Positions 42,760 to 50,985 of a stretch of 64,000 bases of DNA are shown piece by piece (within the stretch, counting starts at the first letter, position 1; every line of letters begins with the position of its first letter). The stretch covers positions 32,001 through 96,000 of the forward strand of contig JBCCEA010000010.1 of assembly GCA_039030515.1 (NCBI GenBank), in the 5' to 3' direction. The notes under the pieces are model-generated. The model ran no database searches. It saw only the letters and a list, made by a program, of their open reading frames with translations, and had not been told where the DNA came from. The position numbers were made by a program, and so were the translations under genes. This stretch comes from Myxococcota bacterium. GTDB taxonomy: Bacteria; Myxococcota_A; Polyangia; Polyangiales; Houyiibacteriaceae.

Positions 42760-43278
42760 GTGCAGGAAGAGCGAGATGAGGACGAAATTGGGGTTCGAAC
42801 GGATGGGTCTTTGGCCCTGGCCCTTGAACGGGAAGAAACCGAGATTCCTGACGATGAGGAACACCATTCCCGCCGCAATCGTACGCGAGCACGCACCATC
42901 TCTATCCGACGTCTGAGCAAGGCGGAGCTGAATCGTGGTCGGGTTCTGTATCCAGAGATGGACTACTGGAAACCTCGGCGTCGAGAGGACTGCCTCAATA
43001 TGGAGCGGCCTTGTCCCTACGTATCCTGTAAGTATCACCTGTACATCGATGTTCATCCGGTCAGAGGTTCGATCAAGATCAACTTTCCTGATTTGGAAGT
43101 ATGGGAAATGAATGAAACTTGCGCTCTCGACGTCGCCGATAGAGGTGGTATCACCCTTGAAGAAGTAGGCGAGATTATGAATCTGACGCGCGAGCGAGTG
43201 CGCCAGGTGGAAACGGCGGGTCTGAGCAAGCTTAGCGGCATCGGAGACCTGTCGCGACTTCGCGACTATGTCGCCTGA
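42760..43278 (+). CDS. Stand-alone sigma70 region-4 HTH protein with Cys/His cluster
   Basis: [20 protein letters not shown] (RpoD 4.2-like) preceded by C-x6-C-x4-C-x2-H...C; GGGAGGGG RBS. Confidence 0.85.
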   Translation: MQEERDEDEIGVRTDGSLALALEREETEIPDDEEHHSRRNRTRARTISIRRLSKAELNRGRVLYPEMDYWKPRRREDCLNMERPCPYVSCKYHLYIDVHPVRGSIKINFPDLEVWEMNETCALDVADRGGITLEEVGEIMNLTRERVRQVETAGLSKLSGIGDLSRLRDYVA

Positions 43279-43458
43279 GCAGGCCGTACGGGGTGCATGC
43301 CGGGCGAGCTTACCTGTTCATTGACGACGAATCCGGCTCCGTGCGAGGGGGCTCCGTGTAACGAGAGATTGGGCTATTGGGCTTTTCAGGACTTCACGGT
43401 CTTTCACGAGAAGACCCGTGACCGGCCTGCGGTTGGATTGGTCTCGGCCTTTACGTCT

Positions 43459-43776
43459 TCAGTCCTCGGAACGTTCGGTTCGGCGGCGTGATGGGATTCG
43501 GCTGCCGACGCGTTTGCCGAGTTTCGTGATTTCTTCGATCACGTGTCGAGCCATCGGTTCGGCGGTGGCTCCGATTTTGCGAACCGCGCGCTCTGCTTCG
43601 GAGGTTGCGTTGCGGAGTGCTGGGTCCTTTGTGGCCCGGTCGAACGCCATGGACGCTGCACTCGCGAAATGATTTAGGGCGCTCCTCAGTTCTTGGCCGG
43701 CGTCCTCCCAGTTCGGTTCGGGTGTCGCTTTATCGTGTGATTTCGTTGTGGTGTGCTCTTCTTCTGTTTCCGGCAT
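43459..43776 (-). CDS. Small helical hypothetical protein
   Basis: Ala/charged amphipathic composition; fills the gap between neighbours; start inferred. Confidence 0.5.
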   Translation of the reverse strand: MPETEEEHTTTKSHDKATPEPNWEDAGQELRSALNHFASAASMAFDRATKDPALRNATSEAERAVRKIGATAEPMARHVIEEITKLGKRVGSRIPSRRRTERSED

Positions 43777-43909
43777 AAGCCATCTTAGACATGCGATGCC
43801 GGAAAGCTTCAACAGAAATATTCGATCACTTCATGTCTGTTCGCGAGCTCCCTCGGGTATCTAAAGCGGTATTCGTCGTCCTCGTCGCCTGCGCAGGCCG
43901 AGCGCATCT

Positions 43910-45166
43910 CTAGCGTTGGGTCACTACAAAACGTCCCGCATCCGAGCGATACTCTATCGTACCGCCCTCGCCTCCACATCCCCAGCAGCTACTCCAATGC
44001 AGTTCCTGGTCGTAGCCCCTTGCAAAGGCGATCGCGACAGCGCTCTCGTCTTGATCGAGTACAAAACTGGCTCCGTGAACTAGTCGGCCATCGGGCAGGG
44101 GGTGCACTACCGCGATGAGGCCAGAACCCCCTGACCGTCCGGCCAGCACCCAGGATTGTGCTCCCGGTACCGGGAACCATTTCAAAAGACGGTCGTCCAG
44201 GAGTTCCCATCCACCAAGGGAATCTCTTGCCCGGTTTCCTCGGGCCAAAGCTCGATCCATGTCGGTACTGCTGTACGGGTAAAACTCGTCTGCGTAAGAT
44301 TTTAGTTCAGGAACAGAGTTCAGGATTTGTCTTAAGCGAGACACATCTGCTTGAACGGGGTGATGAACTGATCGAGGGAGCGGCTCCGTCGGATATTCCA
44401 GGGCGGGAGCGGAGCCGCTGCAGCAGCGAAATCCCAGCCGATCGCTACTGGCATCCTCGGGAAATGCGCGACGAGAACCGCAACGATGTTGCGAGTCCGG
44501 TGCGTTGCGGTGGCCACCTCGAGCGATGCGTGCGGTTTCTGGCATCCCACGATTGGCTGGGCTGGAAGTCCACTCTCTTGCCACGATACCCATGTGCGCG
44601 ACTGAGAAAGGTGAAAGGCAACGGCGGGGTCGCTCGATACACGTGCTTCGATCGAAAGAGTCTCCTGACGGAAACTGTTGCTCCGTGTCCCCTTTGCAGG
44701 CTCGCTCCCACTCGAGCTCTGTGCAGAGTCGCTTGCCAGATTCACTGCAGAGCTTTGCGGCTTCGATGTAGTTCACGCGGGTTTTTGGGCTTTTCGACGG
44801 ATCGTTGGGGTAGGGCAGTCGGTCGATGAAAAAGGCAGGTACCTCAATTTCGACGAGATCCGCCTCAAAACGCGGCCTTCGTTCCGGTATGCCAGGTCGG
44901 GTGCCCGCGCGAACGATGCCGGAAGGCACGTGGAGATGTTCATCGCTACCTAAGGGTGCGGATGAAGCGGTAGGGGGCGCTGAGGTGTTCGGTGTTCGTG
45001 GTGTTGCGGTTTGAGAGGAGGGGGAGTGCGGGCGCTGTGGCGATGGTTGCACGGGTTCTTGCTCGGGTCTGCTCGATGCGTTCCTCGATTCCGGATCGGT
45101 GCAGTTCAGAAGCTGAAGCAAGGAGAAGCTTGCGACGACTAGGTGCCTTGATGCCACAGACGCCAC
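43910..45166 (-). CDS. SUMF1/FGE-sulfatase domain exported protein
   Basis: Signal with Cys, Pro/Ser linker, F.IDR..YPN, C...GKRLCTE.EWERAC.G, REW, RGG, GFRCC. Confidence 0.8.
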   Translation of the reverse strand: MASVASRHLVVASFSLLQLLNCTDPESRNASSRPEQEPVQPSPQRPHSPSSQTATPRTPNTSAPPTASSAPLGSDEHLHVPSGIVRAGTRPGIPERRPRFEADLVEIEVPAFFIDRLPYPNDPSKSPKTRVNYIEAAKLCSESGKRLCTELEWERACKGDTEQQFPSGDSFDRSTCIERPRRCLSPFSVAHMGIVAREWTSSPANRGMPETARIARGGHRNAPDSQHRCGSRRAFPEDASSDRLGFRCCSGSAPALEYPTEPLPRSVHHPVQADVSRLRQILNSVPELKSYADEFYPYSSTDMDRALARGNRARDSLGGWELLDDRLLKWFPVPGAQSWVLAGRSGGSGLIAVVHPLPDGRLVHGASFVLDQDESAVAIAFARGYDQELHWSSCWGCGGEGGTIEYRSDAGRFVVTQR

Positions 45167-45329
45167 CGTAACGGTGACTCCATGGTGGTCAACTTTTGAG
45201 TGGCCTGGCGTTCAGGTATCGCAGGTTCGGTTCACTGGAGATGTTCGACGGCCGACCATGAAGCACGAGGAACGTTTGGGCTCCACGGTTTGACTTGCAG
45301 TTGTCGTAAGAGGAGCACAAGCTCGCCCC

Positions 45330-45700
45330 GCCAGAAAGATACAAACGGTCGCTCGCGAAGCGGGAGGAAAGTCCGGGCTCCACAGGGCAGAGTGCCAGGT
45401 AACACCTGGTGGGGGCGACCCCAAGGAAAGTGCCACAGAAAAAAAACCGCCTCGGGGCATCGCGTCCCGCGGTAAGGGTGAAACGGCGAGGTAAGAGCTC
45501 ACCGGGCTCTCGGTAACGAGAGTCGCAGGGTAAACCCCACTCGGAGCAAGACCAAATAGAGAAGCGATTGAGGACGGCCCGTCCGAGCTTCCGGGTAGGG
45601 TCGCAACAGGCGTTCGGTGACGTGCGTCGCAGATGAATGGCCGTTTCTGAGGAACTGGAGACGGTCCTCAGTACAGAACCCGGCTTACGGATCCTCTGGC
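45330..45700 (+). ncRNA. rnpB: RNase P RNA (type A)
   Basis: GAGGAAAGTCCGGGCTCC, GGAAAGTGCCACAGAAA, GGTAAGGGTGAAA, GGTAAACCCC..GGAGCAAG, ACAGAACCCGGCTTA; ends pair GCCAGA/TCTGGC. Confidence 0.97.
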
Positions 45701-45736
45701 CGAACGCCCTCCTGATGGGGGGCGTTCGCATTCTTT
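45701..45736 (+). terminator. Intrinsic terminator after rnpB
   Basis: CGAACGCCCTCC-TGAT-GGGGGGCGTTCG followed by CATTCTTT. Confidence 0.75.
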
Positions 45737-45772
45737 AATACGTTAGAATATCCGGCACGACGCCCTTGGAGT

Positions 45773-46324
45773 ATGCTTTCGAGGGTGTTGTTTGAGGATC
45801 AAGTTCAGCGGGATGTTCAGCGGGCCGTCGCTTTGGTGGAGCAGGCCCTACGTGCCCGAGGCAAAATACCCGAGCGATGTAGCGTTGAATCGGCTGCGGG
45901 GAGTTTTTGTTTTGCTTTGGATGCGGGACGGTCTGAGAACGGTTGCCGTGAGATCGAGCTAGAAGTGATCATAACCGTTTCCCATCCAGCGCTTGATCCG
46001 GCGCCTTCTACGGAGCGATCGACGGGACAGATTCGAGTGACCTCCGTCGTGAGCTCGTTGCCGGAGGAACCTGAAGAACTCTGTCGCTACCTTCTCGAGA
46101 GAAACGCCGATTCCGCAATGGGCGCTGCATTTGGAATCGTCGATCGCGAAATAGTACTGCTAAGCGAACGATCCGTAGAGGATCTCGATCCTTCGGAGGT
46201 CGACGCGATATTGCAGAGCGTGGAGCGCCACGCCCTCGATTACGCAAAGAAACTCTCGACGTTGTTTGGCAGTAAGAAGCGCGAAGGCGGTTGCCCATCG
46301 AACGGAAGTTCGCCCAAGGCCTGA
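45773..46324 (+). CDS. YbjN / CesT-like chaperone-fold protein
   Basis: L.RYLLE.NA....GAAFGI..., R....LD..E motif pattern. Confidence 0.65.
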   Translation: MLSRVLFEDQVQRDVQRAVALVEQALRARGKIPERCSVESAAGSFCFALDAGRSENGCREIELEVIITVSHPALDPAPSTERSTGQIRVTSVVSSLPEEPEELCRYLLERNADSAMGAAFGIVDREIVLLSERSVEDLDPSEVDAILQSVERHALDYAKKLSTLFGSKKREGGCPSNGSSPKA

Positions 46325-46438
46325 GCATTCCTACAGAAATGTTGGTGCGAATGGGAACAATGGTCGCCAATTCACCTTGAAAGTCGACCGGTGCGCGGAC
46401 TAAATAGGAGCCCAACTGCTGCTACTGGAGGAAACCGC

Positions 46439-46693
46439 GTGAACGAGCTTGCCCGCTATCTGATCGAACACGCCTATCTCGATTTCGAGGGAGGTATCAC
46501 TATCGAACAGGTACGGCAATATCTCCGAGAGGATGACAGTCGCGAAGCGCGAGCTTTGCTCTCTCGATTGATCGAAGATGACGGAGTTGACGACCTAATG
46601 GTAACCGTTGCCGATTGTCTCCGTGAGTACATCCGCTCAGGAATCAACGAAAGCGTCGTCAAGGATCAGCTGGTGAGTTACAGCGAGTCTTGA
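46439..46693 (+). CDS. Small acidic helical hypothetical protein
   Basis: GGAGG RBS then GTG at 46439; 84 aa with globular composition. Confidence 0.7.
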   Translation: MNELARYLIEHAYLDFEGGITIEQVRQYLREDDSREARALLSRLIEDDGVDDLMVTVADCLREYIRSGINESVVKDQLVSYSES

Positions 46694-46718
46694 AAGACTG
46701 AGGTCGGAAGGTTTCGAG

Positions 46719-47348
46719 ATGACGAACATGGTCCACGGTGTGCCTCCGAGGGCCAACGCGAGTCCTCCTTGCGATTCGTCTCTTGGGGTTCACGTCTCGG
46801 AGTCTCGACCGCGAGCAAAAGCGGCACGCCTTTGCACCAAGGGAGTACATGTCTCGTGCTTCCTTTTGGTAGCGATAGCCATTGGCAGCGTTTCCTTGAA
46901 CTCAGCGGCGGGTACTGAAGTGGGTACTCCAGCCCCAGAGATCGGCTTGCCGAGTTTCGAGGGAGATCAAATTCAGCTTGGCTTGCTTCGCGGCAAGGTG
47001 CTCATGATCGATTTCTGGGCCTCTTGGTGCACACCGTGTGCAGACGCAATCCCGTTTCTACAGCGTCTCTACGACGGCTACCGGGACCAAGGATTCGTAG
47101 TCGTAGGAATTAGTGTCGACAGGTCGATGCAGAGCGCACGTCGTTTTGCTCTGAAGACAGGAGCTGCTTTTCCGCTGGTTCACGACTCCGACGGGTGGGC
47201 CGTCTCTCGCTACAATCCACCCCGTATGCCGACCACCTACTTTGTGGATCGAAGAGGTATCGTTCGTTATGTCCACAAGGGGTTTGAGGCACACGATGAA
47301 GATCAGATAGAGGGCCTATTGAGGCAGCTGTTGGCGGAACATCCTTGA
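46719..47348 (+). CDS. TlpA/ResA family thiol-disulfide oxidoreductase
   Basis: LRGKVLMIDFWASWCTPC, cis-Pro MPTTY..DR.G; true start probably downstream. Confidence 0.9.
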   Translation: MTNMVHGVPPRANASPPCDSSLGVHVSESRPRAKAARLCTKGVHVSCFLLVAIAIGSVSLNSAAGTEVGTPAPEIGLPSFEGDQIQLGLLRGKVLMIDFWASWCTPCADAIPFLQRLYDGYRDQGFVVVGISVDRSMQSARRFALKTGAAFPLVHDSDGWAVSRYNPPRMPTTYFVDRRGIVRYVHKGFEAHDEDQIEGLLRQLLAEHP

Positions 47349-47431
47349 GGGCATCCCTGCGGTCTGCGCCGTATCGAATCCGGAGCCGTGCTTCATCTTG
47401 CGTGATGCGAGATTCTCGGTACTGCCGAGTC

Positions 47432-48934
47432 CTAGTCGCTGCGTCGCATCCTGAGGTCCAGGAGAAATCTTGAAAGTTGACGCGCGACGTAGGCGACAAT
47501 CTCCTCATCTTCCTTGGTAAATTTCTTGGATTCCGAGGTTCGGTTGAGGAGTTGGAGCATACCCAGTAGCTGTCCGTGTCGCACGAGCGGTCCATAAATC
47601 AGGCCTTGGATCTCTAAATCCGCAAGGCCATCTATTTCAGGATCGAACACCGAGCTCTTTGCGCAATCGTCGACTCGAACGATCGATTCCTGGCTCCTTG
47701 TGACTTCACCCAACATACCTCGTATCGCTGGAATCGTCGTGGCCTGCCTCTGCTCTGCTGCATGGCCGGTCACGACAACAACGCGGAACGCGTCGAGATC
47801 GATGTCGTAAAGACTTGCACAAAACGCCTCGCACGGAGTGAGTTCCGTTAGCAGTCTTTGAACGAACTGGAAGCCTTCGATCGGCGTATCCAGGAAGAGA
47901 AGATCCCGGCACGCCTCGAAAGCATCTGCAAGGCGTGTGTCCATTTCCTCTGGGTCTGTTCCCAGAGTGTTTTTGCGAGATTCACCAAGGTCTTTGGGGG
48001 TAGTACGTCGCGCCGGAAATGTGAGCACCGGCTCGTCCAACCAGTCTTTCCACTGAAGCGTGACCAAAGGAGGACGGTCCGGGGAGACATCCCAAACATG
48101 GTCAAATAGGGCTAAATTGAACAATTTTCCGTGTGAACGTTCCGCCACTTCCGACTTGAGATGTTGGAACCTATCTCTCAGCAAAGACTCTGCTTCGGAC
48201 TGTTTTGAGGGTTCCAGTGCATATACACGCTCTCGATAGAGCAGTGGATTTTCGGTATCCGGCTCGACGTCGCGTGAGCCGATGAGTTTGAGGTGTTCCG
48301 GTAGTCTATCCCGATCCATCCTGCCGTGGTCGAGGGTGTCCTCGTGGCTGAAGGAGTCATCCGAGGCGTTCTTGTCGGTCGCGGTATTCAGCTGCCTCGT
48401 CTGATGTTCGGTGTCTGGGGTCGATTTATCCGAAGCTACGGCGCGCATGCTGGCCGCATTTCCAACGAGTTTCAGAGTGGCATCGCTCTTTTGGGTCTCA
48501 TCTGAAATGTCCGTAGCGGACCGCCTGGAATCGTTCTCATCGTCGGACACCAAGTCTTCACCGGGCGGCGCAGAATCGCTTACGCCGAAATCCGGTGGTG
48601 CGTCCTCGCTCGACTTCTGAGCGTCTTCATCTGAACTCGAAGAGGATTCGCCTGCGGAGGACGCAAACGCGTCCTGCTGGACGGCGTCGGGAGTCTCAAA
48701 TTCCTTTGACGGCTCGAGCAAATAGGTCCGTCGCTCCAAAGGATCGTGGACCGTCACGTCGCCATTGGGAGCGATGGCGCAGCTCGCTCCTTTCGGAATA
48801 TCTCCGTGCTCACCGAGCTGATCGCGTCCCAGCCGCAGGGCGTCCATCCAGTTTTTCGCTGAAATCGTAGTCTCAGCGATGGTTTCGGTAGCGCCTAGCT
48901 CTCGTACGGAAAGTTGCCAGCGTTTGGTTTCCAC
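47432..48934 (-). CDS. GAF-domain protein with acidic linker and no output domain
   Basis: C-terminal PL...GQLLGMLQLLN....FT.EDE GAF motif; GTG at 48934 with GAGGA RBS. Confidence 0.8.
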   Translation of the reverse strand: METKRWQLSVRELGATETIAETTISAKNWMDALRLGRDQLGEHGDIPKGASCAIAPNGDVTVHDPLERRTYLLEPSKEFETPDAVQQDAFASSAGESSSSSDEDAQKSSEDAPPDFGVSDSAPPGEDLVSDDENDSRRSATDISDETQKSDATLKLVGNAASMRAVASDKSTPDTEHQTRQLNTATDKNASDDSFSHEDTLDHGRMDRDRLPEHLKLIGSRDVEPDTENPLLYRERVYALEPSKQSEAESLLRDRFQHLKSEVAERSHGKLFNLALFDHVWDVSPDRPPLVTLQWKDWLDEPVLTFPARRTTPKDLGESRKNTLGTDPEEMDTRLADAFEACRDLLFLDTPIEGFQFVQRLLTELTPCEAFCASLYDIDLDAFRVVVVTGHAAEQRQATTIPAIRGMLGEVTRSQESIVRVDDCAKSSVFDPEIDGLADLEIQGLIYGPLVRHGQLLGMLQLLNRTSESKKFTKEDEEIVAYVARQLSRFLLDLRMRRSD

Positions 48935-49209
48935 GACTTCCTCAGCGCCTGGGTTCTCGTTACAGGAATAAAAAAAGAAACTGATACATGAGTGTCCTGA
49001 AGGGTCAAGCCGCGGTTTGCGGCAGGTGGGACCTGATGTATATCCATGCGTACCGGGGTCAATTCCCCAGGATGCTCGCGGTCCAAATGCTAAAGATCGG
49101 CTCTGTGAGAGGGCCAGTTCCAACGTCGAAGACTCACAAGATGCTCGGCTCTGAATGGTATTCGCTAAAGCGCCGTGATGCGTCGCATCAGTCTGGGGCA
49201 CACTGAGGA

Positions 49210-49887
49210 ATGTGGATTCTGGTCGTTGGGCCAAAAGCGCAGCTGGGCCGGCCTACAGGAGCCGTGGCATGTCTTACCGGTTTGGGCTGTCGGGTTGAGT
49301 CAGCGGATCTCTGGGACCCCCTAGATGAATCACGTCTTAGCAAGACTCCACCGAACATGATGCTCATCGAAGCAGTGGAAGAAGTAGACGCTGGTAGGGC
49401 CGCACTACAGCGATTGCGCGCCTCACCCGCACTCACACAAGTGCCTGCCCTCATCTCTGTTTCCGTACCGGCACTGCCTCGGCTGACTCCTGGGGATGGA
49501 TTCGATGATTTCGTCCTAGTGCCCTACGTGCCGACCGAGCTCTACATGAGAATTCGAAGGGCGGATTGGAAGAGAAGCGAATTTGATGGTGAAGAACTCC
49601 TGAAGATGGGAGCGCTTTGCATCGATCTCGCGGCACATGAAGTGGTTGTGGATGATCGTCCCGTGGAGTTGACCCACCAAGAGTTCGAGCTTTTGCGTTT
49701 CCTGTGTCAAAATAGAGGGCGCGTTTTTACACGTCACCAGCTACTTGAACGGGTTTGGGGGGTGGACTACTACGGAGGTAGCAGAACCGTTGATATTCAT
49801 GTGCGGCGACTTCGATCGAAGCTCGGTCCGTCGCTTTCGAGCCTAAAAACGGTGCGTGGCGTCGGTTACAAGATCAAGGTTCCATGA
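49210..49887 (+). CDS. OmpR/PhoB-family regulator with degenerate receiver domain
   Basis: LT..EFELL..L, R.QLLERVWG, RTVDIHVRRLRSKL, TVRGVGY; receiver lacks canonical Asp/Lys. Confidence 0.9.
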   Translation: MWILVVGPKAQLGRPTGAVACLTGLGCRVESADLWDPLDESRLSKTPPNMMLIEAVEEVDAGRAALQRLRASPALTQVPALISVSVPALPRLTPGDGFDDFVLVPYVPTELYMRIRRADWKRSEFDGEELLKMGALCIDLAAHEVVVDDRPVELTHQEFELLRFLCQNRGRVFTRHQLLERVWGVDYYGGSRTVDIHVRRLRSKLGPSLSSLKTVRGVGYKIKVP

Positions 49888-50945
49888 AGCCACTCGCTGT
49901 TTCAGTGGGCGACCCCGCAGGAGTCGGTCCCGAGGTCGCTGTACAGGCGGCTATCGAGTGCGGAGCTGACGACCGTATCGTTCTTTTCGGTGACGGAGAG
50001 CGGCTCAAGGATATGCTGCGGCAAAAGAAGACCTCTTGCCGGGTTCATGCCCTCACTTCGGATTCGGCAAATGCTCTGCCACTAGGAGACATCGGTCTCG
50101 TGCATGTTTCCGACTGGAGCGATTCCATGGTGCTGGCTCGGTCTCCCACGGTGTCCGGAGGAAAGGCACAGCTGGACATGCTGAACGCCGCTATCGAATC
50201 TGTCACCCAAGGTCATGCTCGGGCGCTGGTTACCGGGCCGACGAGCAAGCGTGCGATCGAGCTGGCGGGCACTCCGTTCACCGGGCAAACCGAACATTTG
50301 GCACGTGCTGCCCTCCAGCCTCCAGATTCGGTGACGATGATGTTCCTGGGACCTCGTTTGCGGGTCGCGCTGGTCACGACGCATCTTGCGATCTCGTCGC
50401 TCCCAGGCTCCATTACCGCAGATAAAGTGCAGCGGACGGTGCGGCACCTGTCCGAGGTGTTGTCGTTGTTACGTATCGATGCTGAATGCGGTCCATCAAA
50501 CCTCGAGTCTTTCAAATCACTCGTTGTGGAGGTGGCGGGATTGAATCCCCATGCAGGGGAACACGGTCTTTTTGGCAGTGAGGAACTCGAAGTCATCGAG
50601 CCTGCGCTTGAAGGTCTCCGTGACGAGCCCTTGTTTTCTGGACCTGAGGCGGAGGTGATTCTTCGCGGTCCATCTCCATCCGAGTCCGTATTTCGCGCTG
50701 CCGCGGCCGGTCGTCTCGACGGCGTTGTGGCCATGATGCACGATCAGGCGACCATTGCGAGCAAGCTTCTCGATTGGGGATCTGCCGTAAACGTGACCTG
50801 GGGACTGCCCTTTGTGCGCACAAGCGTGGACCACGGTGTCGCGTACGAGGCTGCAGCCAACGGAACGGCCGAAGCCGATGGAATGAAGGCAGCGCTGGCT
50901 CTAGCCCAACGCCTTACCCTGGATCGGTGTCCCACCAAGTCATGA
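49884..50945 (+). CDS. pdxA: 4-hydroxythreonine-4-phosphate dehydrogenase
   Basis: GDPAGVGPE, G.TE.L, GLNPHAGE.G..G.EE, AM.HDQ, RTSVDHG. Confidence 0.92.
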   Translation: MKPLAVSVGDPAGVGPEVAVQAAIECGADDRIVLFGDGERLKDMLRQKKTSCRVHALTSDSANALPLGDIGLVHVSDWSDSMVLARSPTVSGGKAQLDMLNAAIESVTQGHARALVTGPTSKRAIELAGTPFTGQTEHLARAALQPPDSVTMMFLGPRLRVALVTTHLAISSLPGSITADKVQRTVRHLSEVLSLLRIDAECGPSNLESFKSLVVEVAGLNPHAGEHGLFGSEELEVIEPALEGLRDEPLFSGPEAEVILRGPSPSESVFRAAAAGRLDGVVAMMHDQATIASKLLDWGSAVNVTWGLPFVRTSVDHGVAYEAAANGTAEADGMKAALALAQRLTLDRCPTKS

Positions 50946-50985
50946 TCGCATCGGGACGAACCGAGCTTGGGACTACGGGCCGAGG

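Noticed and set aside
45189..45731. 180-aa minus-strand ORF and other ORFs over this region
   Set aside because: Antisense shadow of RNase P RNA.
48935..49234. 100-aa N-terminal extension of the GAF ORF
   Set aside because: Overlaps the divergent regulator start and promoter region; RBS supports GTG at 48934.
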